Shown here piece by piece: positions 9,625 through 19,661 of a stretch of DNA of 43,964 nt. Source of the stretch: Eubacteriales bacterium (GTDB lineage: Bacteria > Bacillota > Clostridia > Oscillospirales > JAAYXM01); contig JAZLCV010000102.1 of the NCBI GenBank assembly GCA_045614365.1, positions 1 through 43,964 of the forward strand, given 5' to 3'. The number at the start of each line of letters is the position of its first letter. The first letter of the stretch is position 1. The position numbers and the translations under genes were made by a program. Under the pieces are notes generated by a model, which ran no database searches, had not been told where the DNA came from, and saw nothing but the letters and a program-made list of their open reading frames with translations.

Positions 9625-11526
9625 TTGGGACTTACCCGTGATTCCGTCGGCAAGTCTGCCGCGGACGGTATGCTTACTGTGAAAAAGAGAAAATCTGATG
9701 ACCGGATAATCGCACTTGCGGGAAATCCGAACGTCGGCAAAAGCACGGTCTTCAACGAGCTGACGGGACTTCGTCAGCATACCGGCAACTGGCCGGGCAA
9801 AACCGTAACAAACGCACAGGGGTTCTGCGAAAGAAACGGACACGGATATGTACTTGTCGATATTCCGGGTACATATTCGCTCTCTCCATCCTCTGCCGAG
9901 GAAGAGGTTGCCCGTGATTTTTTGTGCTCAGGCATTTCCGATGCCGTTGTCGTCGTTTGTGATGCAACATGCCTCCAGCGCAATCTGATACTTGTCCTTC
10001 AGACTGCGGAAATCGCTGAAAACGTAATCGTTTGTGTGAATCTTATGGACGAGGCGGAAAAGAAGAAAATAGAGATTGACTTTGCCGCGCTCTCCCGCGA
10101 GCTGTCTTTGCCCGTTGTTTCAACCCGCGCCCGTGACGGAAAGGGCCTTGACGAGCTTCTTGATACCGTAGAAACCGTCATTTCAACACCTTTCCACCGA
10201 AACAAGCTCTCATTTTCTTCCACAGAAGAGCTTACATGTGAAGCTGAGCGTATTTACAGCATTTCGGTAAAAAATCCGCTCGGATGCAGCTATTCACCGC
10301 GCGCACGGCTTGCAGATAAAATTCTTACAAGCAGACTTTTCGGATTTCCGATAATGCTTTTAATGCTTCTCGGGATATTCTGGATTACTATTGAGGGAGC
10401 AAATTATCCCTCATCACTTCTTTCCGGATTTCTTCTTGGTCTTGAAGATGACATTTCCGGAATCCTTTCTTTCCTTCGCCTGCCCGCACCGGTCTGTGAT
10501 GCGTTAGTCTCCGGCGTTTACCGCACGCTTTCGTGGGTAGTTTCCGTGATGCTTCCGCCAATGGCAATATTTTTTCCTCTGTTCACGCTTTTAGAAGACC
10601 TCGGATATCTTCCTCGCGTTGCGTTCAACTTAGACCGCATATTCAAAAAATGCGGTGCCTGCGGAAAGCAGGGACTTACCACCTGTATGGGCTTTGGATG
10701 TAATGCCGCAGGGGTTGTCGGATGCCGCATTATAGACTCTCCGCGCGAGCGGCTTATCGCAATGCTGACAAACAGCTTTATCCCCTGCAACGGTCGTTTT
10801 CCGGCGCTGATATCAATTCTTATAATCTTCTTTATCGGCCACAGCGGAGGACTTTTTAAATCAGGCCTTGCCGCCCTTTCTCTTACTGCTCTTATTCTGC
10901 TGGGAATTCTTATGTCCTTTCTCGCATCAAAGCTTCTTTCCTCTACCATCCTGCGTGGTGTACCGTCCTCCTTTACGCTTGAGCTTTCCCCTTACCGCGC
11001 GCCACAGGTCGGTAAGGTTATCGTCCGCTCTGTTTTCGACAGAACTCTGTTCGTTCTCGGCCGCGCCGTAAGTGCCGCCGCACCTGCCGGACTTCTTATC
11101 TGGCTTATGGCTAATGTTACGCTTGGCGGGCACACTCTCCTTACTCATTGCAGTTCTTTTCTTGATCCTTTCGGGCGGCTTTTGGGGCTTGACGGAGTTA
11201 TCCTGATGGCTTTTATTCTGGGCTTTCCCGCAAATGAAATAGTTATTCCGATTGTAATAATGGCATACACCTCCGGCGGTGCTCTTACGGATATAAGCGA
11301 CCTTGGCACGCTTTCCACCCTTCTTAAAAGCAACGGATGGGGAATGCAAACTGCGATAAGCGTTATGCTTTTCTCGCTGATGCACTGGCCATGCTCTACC
11401 ACACTTATGACGGTAAAAAAGGAAAGCGGGAGTGTTTTCTGGACTCTTGTTGCCGCAGCATTGCCGACGCTTTTCGGAGTAATTTTATGCTTGATGCTGA
11501 ACATAATTGTAAAAATACTGTTATAG
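9625..11526 (+). CDS. feoB: Ferrous iron transport protein B
   Basis: GNPNVGKS, TGNWPGKTV, DIPGTYSL, NLMDEA GTPase motifs; membrane domain with LEDLGYLPR, MGFGC, FIPCNGR. Confidence 0.95.
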   Translation: MGLTRDSVGKSAADGMLTVKKRKSDDRIIALAGNPNVGKSTVFNELTGLRQHTGNWPGKTVTNAQGFCERNGHGYVLVDIPGTYSLSPSSAEEEVARDFLCSGISDAVVVVCDATCLQRNLILVLQTAEIAENVIVCVNLMDEAEKKKIEIDFAALSRELSLPVVSTRARDGKGLDELLDTVETVISTPFHRNKLSFSSTEELTCEAERIYSISVKNPLGCSYSPRARLADKILTSRLFGFPIMLLMLLGIFWITIEGANYPSSLLSGFLLGLEDDISGILSFLRLPAPVCDALVSGVYRTLSWVVSVMLPPMAIFFPLFTLLEDLGYLPRVAFNLDRIFKKCGACGKQGLTTCMGFGCNAAGVVGCRIIDSPRERLIAMLTNSFIPCNGRFPALISILIIFFIGHSGGLFKSGLAALSLTALILLGILMSFLASKLLSSTILRGVPSSFTLELSPYRAPQVGKVIVRSVFDRTLFVLGRAVSAAAPAGLLIWLMANVTLGGHTLLTHCSSFLDPFGRLLGLDGVILMAFILGFPANEIVIPIVIMAYTSGGALTDISDLGTLSTLLKSNGWGMQTAISVMLFSLMHWPCSTTLMTVKKESGSVFWTLVAAALPTLFGVILCLMLNIIVKILL

Positions 11527-11550
11527 CACCAAAAAACCGTCCTCAAAACA

Positions 11551-11579
11551 TTGACATTCATGCAATTTTGTGTTTTAAT
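11551..11579 (+). promoter_or_regulatory. Sigma-A-type promoter of ddh
   Basis: TTGACA-N17-TTTAAT with TG extended -10. Confidence 0.65.
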
Positions 11580-11627
11580 TATTCATCATAAGAACGTGTA
11601 AAATCACCCCGAAAGGAAGTTTTTAAT

Positions 11628-12608
11628 ATGAAGATAAAAGTTGCAATCGCAGGCTACGGAAATCTCGGCCGCGGTGTTGAATGTGCAGTAAGTGCTGCTC
11701 CGGATATGGAGCTTTGCGCACTCTTTACAAGGCGCTCTCCTGAAAATGTAAAACCGGCAACTGCGGTTCCCGTATATCATATGGATAAAGCAATTGAGAT
11801 GAAGGACGACATCGACGTTCTCATCCTCTGCGGTGGAAGTGCCAATGACCTTCCCACTCAGACACCTGAGCTTGCAAAGTATTTCAACGTAATCGACAGC
11901 TTTGACACTCACGCAAAAATCCCGGAGCATTTTGCAAACGTCGATAAAGAGAGCCGTGCAGCAAAAAAAGTAAGCGTAATTTCTGCCGGATGGGACCCGG
12001 GTATGTTCTCGCTCAACCGCCTTTACGGTCAGGCAATACTTCCTGATGGAAACGACTATACATTCTGGGGCAAAGGCGTAAGCCAGGGACATTCCGATGC
12101 AATACGCAGAATTGACGGCGTTATTGATGCCCGCCAGTATACCGTTCCGGTAGAAAATGCACTCAACAGTGTCCGTGCAGGAGAAAACCCGACTCTCACA
12201 ACACGCGAAAAGCACACGCGCGAATCCTTTGTTGTCGCAGAAGATGGCGCTGATCTTGCACGTATTGAGCGCGAAATCGTAACTATGCCGAACTATTTTG
12301 CAGATTACGATACAACCGTTCACTTTATCTCTCAGGAAGAGCTTAACCGAGACCACGCAGGTATTCCGCACGGTGGCAGAGTTTTCCGCACAGGAACAAC
12401 CAACAACGGCAAGAACTCTCACGTTATTGAATACAGCTTAAAACTTGACTCTAACCCCGAGTTTACCGCAAGCGTTCTTACCGCATATGCCCGTGCAGCG
12501 TATCGCTTAAATCAAGAAGGCGCATGCGGTGCAAAAACTGTTTTCGATATCGCACCGGCATATCTCCATCCGGCAAGCGGCGAAGAACTTCGCAAAAACC
12601 TTTTATAA
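11628..12608 (+). CDS. ddh: meso-Diaminopimelate D-dehydrogenase
   Basis: GYGNLGRG, DSFDTHA, GWDPGMFS, FWGKGVSQGHSDA, HGG, NPEFT. Confidence 0.96.
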   Translation: MKIKVAIAGYGNLGRGVECAVSAAPDMELCALFTRRSPENVKPATAVPVYHMDKAIEMKDDIDVLILCGGSANDLPTQTPELAKYFNVIDSFDTHAKIPEHFANVDKESRAAKKVSVISAGWDPGMFSLNRLYGQAILPDGNDYTFWGKGVSQGHSDAIRRIDGVIDARQYTVPVENALNSVRAGENPTLTTREKHTRESFVVAEDGADLARIEREIVTMPNYFADYDTTVHFISQEELNRDHAGIPHGGRVFRTGTTNNGKNSHVIEYSLKLDSNPEFTASVLTAYARAAYRLNQEGACGAKTVFDIAPAYLHPASGEELRKNLL

Positions 12609-12627
12609 GATAAATCCTATAAAGCTT

Positions 12628-12669
12628 AAACGTTCTTGCAGCGTATTTTCGCCGCAAGAACGTTTTTTT
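12628..12669 (+). terminator. Intrinsic terminator after ddh
   Basis: AAACGTTCTTGC..GCAAGAACGTTT stem followed by T run. Confidence 0.8.
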
Positions 12670-12690
12670 GTTGCTTTTATTTTACGCTTC

Positions 12691-12719
12691 TTGTATACCA
12701 AGGAAATTTGTGGTATACT
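12691..12719 (+). promoter_or_regulatory. Sigma-A-type promoter of nadE-ydcF-cysK
   Basis: TTGTAT-N17-TATACT with TG extended -10. Confidence 0.7.
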
Positions 12720-12749
12720 ATTTCTATAATGCTGAAAGGATGTTTTATT

Positions 12750-13487
12750 ATGCGTGATTATGCAAAAGAGCTTAACGAAAGAGTAGCTTATATAAAAAAT
12801 ATTATAGAGGAAAGCCATGCTTCCGGCATTGTTTTCGGAAACTCCGGTGGAAAGGATTGTGCGCTAGTCGGCATTCTCTGCAAAAAAGCGTGTGACAACA
12901 CCGTCTGCATCCAGATGCCCTGCCACTCAAAGCAGAATTTTGGCTCGGATATGGATGATGCACTTGCCGTTGCAAAGAAGTTTGGCATTGAGCACCGTAC
13001 ATTCGATTTAACTCCCGTCCGTGCGGCTATGCTTGAAATGATGGGCGATGAGGTTGAGCTTAACAGTAACGCACTCGTTAATCTTCCGCCGCGACTTCGC
13101 ATGACAACACTCTACACCGTTGCGGCGGCAGAAAACCGTCTTGTCGCCGGCACAGGCAACCGCAGTGAGCGTTATATGGGATACTTCACAAAGCACGGTG
13201 ACGGTGCGTGCGACTTCAACCCCATTTCCGACCTGACCGTCGGCGAGGTTTACGAATTTCTGCGCTTTTTAGAAGCACCGGAGTCCGTTATCACAAAAGC
13301 ACCGTCGGCAGGATTGTATGAAGGCCAGACAGACGAAAAGGATATGGGCGTAACGTATGCCGAAATTGACGAATACATTTTAAACGGAACAGGAAAGCCG
13401 GAAAGCATTGAAATCATCAACCGTTATCATTCAAGAAGTGCACACAAGCGCGGCGCAACGAATATGTTCCGCGAAATCAATGAATAA
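12750..13487 (+). CDS. nadE: NH3-dependent NAD+ synthetase
   Basis: SGGKDC P-loop, RLRMTTLY, GTGNRSE, GYFTKHGDG, KAPSAGLYEGQTDE; no glutaminase domain. Start moved to ATG 12750 (AAGGA RBS, downstream of promoter). Confidence 0.93.
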   Translation: MRDYAKELNERVAYIKNIIEESHASGIVFGNSGGKDCALVGILCKKACDNTVCIQMPCHSKQNFGSDMDDALAVAKKFGIEHRTFDLTPVRAAMLEMMGDEVELNSNALVNLPPRLRMTTLYTVAAAENRLVAGTGNRSERYMGYFTKHGDGACDFNPISDLTVGEVYEFLRFLEAPESVITKAPSAGLYEGQTDEKDMGVTYAEIDEYILNGTGKPESIEIINRYHSRSAHKRGATNMFREINE

Positions 13488-14226
13488 TATGAAAAAGCTT
13501 CTTTCCGTTTTTTCCGCACTCTGCTTTCTTGTTTCATTTGTTTTCATGTTTTGTCTTATAGGCTACAGCTTTACCGGATTTCTTATTTTTGTTCTCGGTG
13601 CATTTCTTCTCTATCTCGCACTGAGCATCGGTGTAACAAAACGCACCCTTATTATTCTGCGGCGTATCGTTGTTTCGCTCGCCGCACTCGGCATCGGATT
13701 CACCGCTATAATGACCGGTATTGTCGTCCGCGATATGAGCGGAGATGTTCCGACAGCATGCGATTATGTAATCGTTCTCGGCGCGGGACTTAATAAAGAA
13801 ACACCGTCACTTACTTTGGTTGACAGGCTGAACAGGACCATTGCATACATGAACGAATATCCAGGAAGCATCGCAATAGTCAGTGGTTCTCAAGGAAGCG
13901 ACGAGACAATCACCGAGGCTCTCGCTATGGAGCGTTATCTTGTTTCTCACGGTATTCCGAGAGAGAGAATAATAAAAGAAGAAAAGGCAAGAAACACAAA
14001 CGAAAATCTGATTTATTCCCGCGAAATAATTAACTCTCTCGGTGGCGGGAGCGTGGCGATAATATCAAGCGACTATCACATATTCCGTGCACGGCTTCTT
14101 GCCGAAAAACAGGGCTTACGTGCCGTGATGCTCTCTGCTAAATCCTCACTCCCCATTCTTCGCATAAACTATGCTGTCCGCGAGGGTTTTGCACTCGTGA
14201 AAGCAAAATTACTCGGCCATATTTAG
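13480..14226 (+). CDS. YdcF/SanA (DUF218) family membrane protein
   Basis: N-terminal TM helices; IVLGAG, SGSQG, EEKARNTNENL, SSDYHIFRA, REGFA. Start at ATG 13480 or 13489. Confidence 0.88.
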   Translation: MNNMKKLLSVFSALCFLVSFVFMFCLIGYSFTGFLIFVLGAFLLYLALSIGVTKRTLIILRRIVVSLAALGIGFTAIMTGIVVRDMSGDVPTACDYVIVLGAGLNKETPSLTLVDRLNRTIAYMNEYPGSIAIVSGSQGSDETITEALAMERYLVSHGIPRERIIKEEKARNTNENLIYSREIINSLGGGSVAIISSDYHIFRARLLAEKQGLRAVMLSAKSSLPILRINYAVREGFALVKAKLLGHI

Positions 14227-14238
14227 GAGGTTACATCC

Positions 14239-15171
14239 GTGAATATTCACAAATCCATAGAAAGCCTTATCGGAAACACACCGATACTTGAGCTTAGAAA
14301 TTTTATATCGGAACGAAAAATCCCCGCAACCGTTGCGGCAAAGCTTGAATATCTCAACCCTACCGGCAGCGTAAAAGATCGCGCGGCATTTGGAATGATT
14401 CTGGATGCGGAAAAGCGCGGAGTTCTCAAGCCCGGCTCGGTTATCATTGAGCCGACAAGCGGCAACACCGGAATCGGACTTGCCGCAATAGGGGCTGCCC
14501 GCGGATACCGCGTTGTCCTCACAATGCCCGACACTATGAGCGCAGAGCGGCGCGCACTTCTCTCTGCATACGGCGCGGAGCTTGTTCTCACTCCCGGAAG
14601 CGAAGGGATGAGCGGAGCAATACGTCGAGCGGAAGAGCTTTCAAAGGAAATCCCCGGAAGCTTTATTCCAAACCAGTTTGAAAACCTCTCAAACCCCGCA
14701 ATACATGAAGAAACAACAGCGCAGGAGATATGGAAAGACACCGACGGGCATGTGGATGCCGTTGTCTGCGGCGTAGGCTCGGGCGGAACCGTTTCCGGAA
14801 TCGGGCGGGCGCTTAAAAGGCTTAATCCCGAAATTAAAATCATAGCGGTTGAACCGTGCGACTCGCCCGTTCTCTCCGGAGGATGCGCAGGCGCTCACAA
14901 GCTTCAGGGAATCGGCGCAGGCTTTATTCCGAAAGCGCTTGATACCAAAGCTTACGATGAAATCATAACTGTCTCTGCAGAGGATGCATATTCCGCTGCG
15001 CGTGATATCTGCCGCACAGACGGCATATTCTGCGGAATAACCTCCGGTGCGGCAATATTTGCCGCCGAAAGCTTCGCCCGCCGTCCCGAAAACGCAGGAA
15101 AGCTTATCGTTGCCATCGCGCCCGACTCCGGCTCGCGCTATCTCTCCACCCCGGGGTTGTTTTCTGAATAA
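14239..15171 (+). CDS. cysK: Cysteine synthase A
   Basis: NPTGSVKDR (PLP lysine), EPTSGNTG, GVGSGGT, HKLQGIGAGFIP; AGGAGG RBS with GTG start. Confidence 0.95.
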   Translation: MNIHKSIESLIGNTPILELRNFISERKIPATVAAKLEYLNPTGSVKDRAAFGMILDAEKRGVLKPGSVIIEPTSGNTGIGLAAIGAARGYRVVLTMPDTMSAERRALLSAYGAELVLTPGSEGMSGAIRRAEELSKEIPGSFIPNQFENLSNPAIHEETTAQEIWKDTDGHVDAVVCGVGSGGTVSGIGRALKRLNPEIKIIAVEPCDSPVLSGGCAGAHKLQGIGAGFIPKALDTKAYDEIITVSAEDAYSAARDICRTDGIFCGITSGAAIFAAESFARRPENAGKLIVAIAPDSGSRYLSTPGLFSE

Positions 15172-15213
15172 AAACAATACATTGAACTTACTGTAAACAG
15201 AAAAAATGCTTTA

Positions 15214-15250
15214 AACCGCAAAAGGGATGGTTTTCGTCCTTTTTGCGGTT
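15214..15250. terminator. Stem-loop after cysK (probable terminator; right arm overlaps REP-like element)
   Basis: AACCGCAAAAGGGATG..CGTCCTTTTTGCGGTT inverted repeat. Confidence 0.6.
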
Positions 15251-15271
15251 CGTCGTAAATGCCGCCCCTAC
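15244..15271 (-). repeat. REP-like GTAG palindrome, intergenic copy
   Basis: Minus strand GTAGGGGCGGCATTTACGACGAACCGCA; 26 positions identical to the copy at 21168-21196. Confidence 0.75.
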
Positions 15272-15317
15272 ACCCATTCCCTTTAATTTGCTTTGTTTGT
15301 GAAAAAATTAATTTTGC

Positions 15318-15346
15318 TTTATCTTCTGCGTGTTTTGTGGTATGAT
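15318..15346 (+). promoter_or_regulatory. Extended -10 promoter of pyk
   Basis: TTTATC-N17-TATGAT preceded by TG. Confidence 0.55.
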
Positions 15347-15393
15347 ATATTTGGTGAAGATTTTGATTATTCCAAGAAAGGAAGATTTGATAT

Positions 15394-16806
15394 ATGCGAA
15401 AGACAAAAATTGTTTGTACTATCGGTCCGGCAAGCGCTGATGATCTTACGTTTGAAGCCATGTGCCGCGCAGGACTTAACGTTGCCCGCCTTAACTTTTC
15501 TCACGGCACTCACGCCGAGCACAGGGAAAAGCTGGATATGATAAAGCGCGTCCGTGAAAAGCTTAATCTGCCGATTGCAATTATGCTTGACACAAAGGGA
15601 CCCGAATACAGAATAAAAACATTTAAAAACGATAAAGTGACGGTAGCTGCCGGTGATAAATTCACCTTCACCACAGAGGATGTAGAGGGCGATAGCACCC
15701 GCGTTTCCGTAAACTACAGCGGTCTTGCCAACGACCTTGCAATCGGCGATCGTGTGCTCGTAAATAACGGCCTCGTCATTTTCAGAGTTACGGAGATAAG
15801 CGGCCACGATGTAATCTGCGAGGTTATCGCAGGAGGAGAGCTTTCCAACCGAAAGAGCATGAGCTTTCCGAACAAGGTTCTCAAAAAGGAATATTTAAGC
15901 GAGCAGGATAAGGAAGATCTTCTCTTTGGTATATCAAACGGAGTCGATTTCGTAGCGGCATCGTTTGTTTCTTCAAAGCAGGACGTGATTGACCTTAAAA
16001 ACTTCCTTGCCGAAAACGGAGGAGAAAATATCGAGGTTATCGCAAAAATCGAAAACCGCTCCGGCGTTGACAACATTGAAGAAATCTGCGAGGTTTGTGA
16101 AGGGATTATGGTTGCCAGAGGCGACCTTGGTGTTGAGGTTCCCTTTGCAGAGCTTCCTGCAATACAGAAGTATCTCATAACAAAATGCCGCCTTCTCGGC
16201 AAACGCGTTATCACCGCAACGGAAATGCTTGAATCTATGATTCACAACCCGCGCCCGACCCGTGCTGAAATTTCCGACGTTGCAAACGCAGTTTACGACG
16301 GAACAAGCGCAGTTATGCTTTCCGGCGAGACTGCCGCGGGCAAATATCCGGTTGAAACCATAACTGCAATGGAAGAAATTGTTGAGGAAACAGAGAAGAA
16401 CATAAATTACGAAAAGCGTTTCCGCACAAGCTCTTTCAAGATAAAAAACAAAGTTGATGCTATCTCCCACGCAACCTGCGGCATGGCGATTGACATTGAC
16501 GCAAAAGCGATTGTCGTAAGCTCTATGTCCGGTATGACGGTGCGTATGGTTTCCCGTTTCCGTGCGCCGACAGATATTATAGGTATGGCAACAAACAAGG
16601 CGGTGTGGTACAAACTTGCTCTTTCCTGGGGTGTTCTGCCCGTACTCAGCGAGCAGTTCAGCTCTTCCGACGTTCTGTTTTATCACGCAACACGTGCAGC
16701 AAAAGACAATCTCCCGCTCAAAAAAGGAGACCTCGTCGTTCTTACAGGCGGTATTATCAACGGAAAGTCAGGAAATACAAATACAATCAAGGTAGAAGAG
16801 ATTTAA
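15394..16806 (+). CDS. pyk: Pyruvate kinase
   Basis: RKTKIVCTIGPAS, ARLNFSHG, MLDTKGPE, IAKIEN, MVARGDLGVE, MLSGETA. Confidence 0.98.
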   Translation: MRKTKIVCTIGPASADDLTFEAMCRAGLNVARLNFSHGTHAEHREKLDMIKRVREKLNLPIAIMLDTKGPEYRIKTFKNDKVTVAAGDKFTFTTEDVEGDSTRVSVNYSGLANDLAIGDRVLVNNGLVIFRVTEISGHDVICEVIAGGELSNRKSMSFPNKVLKKEYLSEQDKEDLLFGISNGVDFVAASFVSSKQDVIDLKNFLAENGGENIEVIAKIENRSGVDNIEEICEVCEGIMVARGDLGVEVPFAELPAIQKYLITKCRLLGKRVITATEMLESMIHNPRPTRAEISDVANAVYDGTSAVMLSGETAAGKYPVETITAMEEIVEETEKNINYEKRFRTSSFKIKNKVDAISHATCGMAIDIDAKAIVVSSMSGMTVRMVSRFRAPTDIIGMATNKAVWYKLALSWGVLPVLSEQFSSSDVLFYHATRAAKDNLPLKKGDLVVLTGGIINGKSGNTNTIKVEEI

Positions 16807-16812
16807 TTTAAC

Positions 16813-16991
16813 GCCCGCCCCTGACGAGGCGGGCAGATGTTCTGTTTACAGATTCCCCGTCCTTTTCGGGGCGGGTAGTTGTTGTATATAGTATTTTCGC
16901 CCCCTGTTTGGGAGGTAATTGCAGTATATGCACCCTTAACAAATCATCCCTGCCATATGACACAATCACCACCCCGCACGGGGTGGTGATT
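16813..16991. terminator. Three stem-loops between convergent pyk and amidohydrolase genes
   Basis: GCCCGCC/GGCGGGC (16813-34), CCCGTCC/GGGCGGG (16856-75), perfect 12-bp AATCACCACCCC-GCAC-GGGGTGGTGATT (16964-91). Confidence 0.6.
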
Positions 16992-17004
16992 AAATTTCCG
17001 TTAT

Positions 17005-17796
17005 TTATATTCCGAACAGCTTTTCAGCGTTTCTACCGAGGATGTCGAGCTTTTGCTCATCATCAATATCCGCCATTGCTATCCTTCCGAGGGTGAAGGT
17101 CGGCGAATAGAATCCGCCGTCTGTGCCGAAAAGAATTTTCTTTGTATCAACATATTTGCAAAGAAGCTCAATACTGCCCTCAGACGCTCCGGCAAGAGCT
17201 GTATCAATATAGAAATTATCAAGGGAATTTACAGCATCGGCGATGCGCTCAACGCTGTCTATGCCTACCTCGCTGTGCGCCGCAATGAACTTTACGTCCG
17301 GATACTGCTTTGCTGCAGCGGAAAGAGAAATCAACGCATCTGCGCCATAGGTGTGATGCAAAATCGGAAGATTGTTCTCTGCGGCATATTTATACGCCGG
17401 TTCATATTTGTATGAAGAGAATGGCGTTTTATTTATACTTACGTGAAATTTTATCCCCTTAAATCCGGCATTGTTTTTGTACTTTTCAAGCTCCGGTATC
17501 ATCTCATCCGCATATACTGGATTTAAGCACGCATAACCGTAAATTCTTCCGGGATGCTTTTCAATTGCATCGGCAAGATATGCATTGCCTCGCGCAAAGT
17601 CAGACTTAAATGCAACATTTGTCGAAACAAATATACATTCAATGCCAAGGCTATCAAGAACCTTAACGATCTCTCCCGGCTCGCCCCCGCGCGGGATATA
17701 AAAATCGCTGTACGGACCACAGTGGCCGTGTGTATCTATAATGCGCACGCCCTCAATCGGAAGACCGTATTTTACATTTTCCCAGACCTTCATCAT
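17005..17796 (-). CDS. Amidohydrolase-2-type TIM-barrel metal-dependent hydrolase
   Basis: IDTHGH, GIKFH, ILHHT, IAAH, ILFGTD motifs. Confidence 0.85.
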   Translation of the reverse strand: MMKVWENVKYGLPIEGVRIIDTHGHCGPYSDFYIPRGGEPGEIVKVLDSLGIECIFVSTNVAFKSDFARGNAYLADAIEKHPGRIYGYACLNPVYADEMIPELEKYKNNAGFKGIKFHVSINKTPFSSYKYEPAYKYAAENNLPILHHTYGADALISLSAAAKQYPDVKFIAAHSEVGIDSVERIADAVNSLDNFYIDTALAGASEGSIELLCKYVDTKKILFGTDGGFYSPTFTLGRIAMADIDDEQKLDILGRNAEKLFGI

Positions 17797-18545
17797 CAGA
17801 ACGTCACCTCACTTAACAGTCTTTTTATATTACCGGAACCGATAAGCGCCTTATCCTCATCGCTTATTCTTGCATATGTAAGAAGCGCAACGGATGAAGC
17901 ACCGGAAACATTCGGCATTCCGCTTCCGAAAACAAGTCTCTTTGCGCCAAAGCGCTCCACGGTATCCTCAATTCCCTCAAATCCGCGGTAAATGGATGTT
18001 GAAATATACAAATTCGGGAACATAGAGAGAAGCGGATAAACATCACGCATTGTGGTATAGCTTACGCCCGTAAGTATAACACGAAGCTCTTTATGTTCTT
18101 TTAATATATTGTACACCACATTGAAATCGCCGGCGCGGGAAAGCGGCAGAAGAAGCGGAATTTTGTGCTTTTCAAGCATAGAGAACAGCTCTCCGCACGA
18201 CCATTCCGCAACCATCCAGTTACCGGCAGGCAGGCTTATCATCTTTACATCGTTTTCTTTCATAAGGTGCACAAGCTCTGCAGGTGCAGGGAACTCACCC
18301 GTATGATGCGGAATTGCATACCACACGGGGAACAGGCGTGCATCGCTCTTTATAACCTCGCAAAGCTCAAGATTTCCCATGCGGGCATTTCCTGTGCTCG
18401 CGTATTCGTAACGCATCAGCGCAGAATCAATACCGTATCTGTCAAATTTTGAAAGCATCTCGTCTTTCGTTATCGGCGTGGTCTCACGCTTGTACCCACC
18501 GATACCGAAGGATGCTTCACAGTCAAAAAGCTCTGTTTTTTTCAT
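17796..18545 (-). CDS. Amidohydrolase-fold protein with degenerate metal site
   Basis: FDCEASFG instead of DxHxH; RLVFGSGMP; ISDEDKALIGSGNIKRLL C-terminus; TGATG coupling to next gene. Confidence 0.75.
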   Translation of the reverse strand: MKKTELFDCEASFGIGGYKRETTPITKDEMLSKFDRYGIDSALMRYEYASTGNARMGNLELCEVIKSDARLFPVWYAIPHHTGEFPAPAELVHLMKENDVKMISLPAGNWMVAEWSCGELFSMLEKHKIPLLLPLSRAGDFNVVYNILKEHKELRVILTGVSYTTMRDVYPLLSMFPNLYISTSIYRGFEGIEDTVERFGAKRLVFGSGMPNVSGASSVALLTYARISDEDKALIGSGNIKRLLSEVTF

Positions 18546-18664
18546 GTGCTCATCTCCTGAATTATATTACCCAAATAATGATACACCAATTAAAAATCAA
18601 AATCAATATGCTTTTTTATAAAAGCCGGAAAATTTATGTTTTTTTTAACACATGCCCTTTTCCC

Positions 18665-18693
18665 TTGACATTTCCCATGCATTTTGGTAATAT
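18665..18693 (+). promoter_or_regulatory. Strong sigma-A-type promoter
   Basis: TTGACA-N17-TAATAT with TG extended -10. Confidence 0.75.
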
Positions 18694-18771
18694 TATGTTG
18701 ATAAAAGACATTCACCCGCGACGATGTATTTTTTGTCGCGAAAACTCAACTTACATAAGGAGCGTATTGTT

Positions 18772-19659
18772 ATGAACAAGGCAATTATGCACATCAACTA
18801 CGGCGAGCTTACCTACAACTCATACGGCAAAAAAACCATCGATGAGATCTGCAAGCAGGCAGCTGATATCGGTTATGACGGAATCGAGTTCCGCGGCAAC
18901 CCTCCGAAAGAGCTTGCGAGCCTTTCCTTCAAGGAATATGCAACCCAGATTGCAGAAGGAAAGAAGAAATACGGTCTTTCCGAAATTCTTTTCGGCATCG
19001 GCGTTCACGGCTGCACAAGTGCTGATAAGGAAGAACGTGCAAAGTCCATCGCAGATGCAATTGAAAAGGTAAAAATTGCAAACGAGCTTTGCGGAACAAC
19101 TATTTGCAACACATTCGGTTCAAACGTACGTTCCTCTATCACAACCGCACCGCCCGCAGCTTATGAATTCCACGGCAGTGCCGCTGCAACTCAGGAGCAG
19201 TGGGACCTTACCGTTGACGCCTTCCGGCAGGTTGGCCACGAGCTTGAGAAAATCGGCGTCAAATTCGGTTTTGAAACACATATGAACTACATTCACGACC
19301 TTCCTGCCGCTGCAAAGAAGCTTGTTGACCTCATCGACAGCCCGATGATCGGTATCAACATGGACTACGGCAACACCGCATACTTCCCTGTTCGTCCGAC
19401 AGTTGAAGAGACCATTGACCTTTATGGCGACAAGCTTTTCTACACTCACCTTAAGAATTCCTCCCCTGTTCCGGGTTCCGGTCTCCGCATGGCAACAGGT
19501 CTCGGTGACGGCGAGATAAACCACAGAATCTACCTTGCAAAGCTTCATGAAGTCGGCTTTACCGGCCCGATAGGCATTGAAGCACCGCGCGGTGGCGACA
19601 GAGTATGGTTCGCTCAGCAGGATTTCAACTACTATAAGTCCGTTATGGAATCCCTTTAA
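18772..19659 (+). CDS. Sugar phosphate isomerase/epimerase (xylose isomerase-like TIM barrel), paralog 1
   Basis: GYDGIEF, FETH, NMDYGN, THLKN, GDGEIN, IGIEAP metal ligands; start at ATG 18772 (AGGAG RBS; matches paralog N-terminus). Confidence 0.88.
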   Translation: MNKAIMHINYGELTYNSYGKKTIDEICKQAADIGYDGIEFRGNPPKELASLSFKEYATQIAEGKKKYGLSEILFGIGVHGCTSADKEERAKSIADAIEKVKIANELCGTTICNTFGSNVRSSITTAPPAAYEFHGSAAATQEQWDLTVDAFRQVGHELEKIGVKFGFETHMNYIHDLPAAAKKLVDLIDSPMIGINMDYGNTAYFPVRPTVEETIDLYGDKLFYTHLKNSSPVPGSGLRMATGLGDGEINHRIYLAKLHEVGFTGPIGIEAPRGGDRVWFAQQDFNYYKSVMESL

Positions 19660-19661
19660 TA

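Noticed and set aside
2450-12422. Long antisense ORFs such as 2450..3340, 7728..8330, 9217..9843, 11604..12422 (and similar ones throughout the window)
   Set aside because: They overlap well-supported genes on the opposite strand and have no recognisable motifs.
12840-12862. NadE P-loop reads SGGKDC rather than SGGxDS
   Set aside because: A single conservative change with all other motifs intact; no evidence of inactivation.
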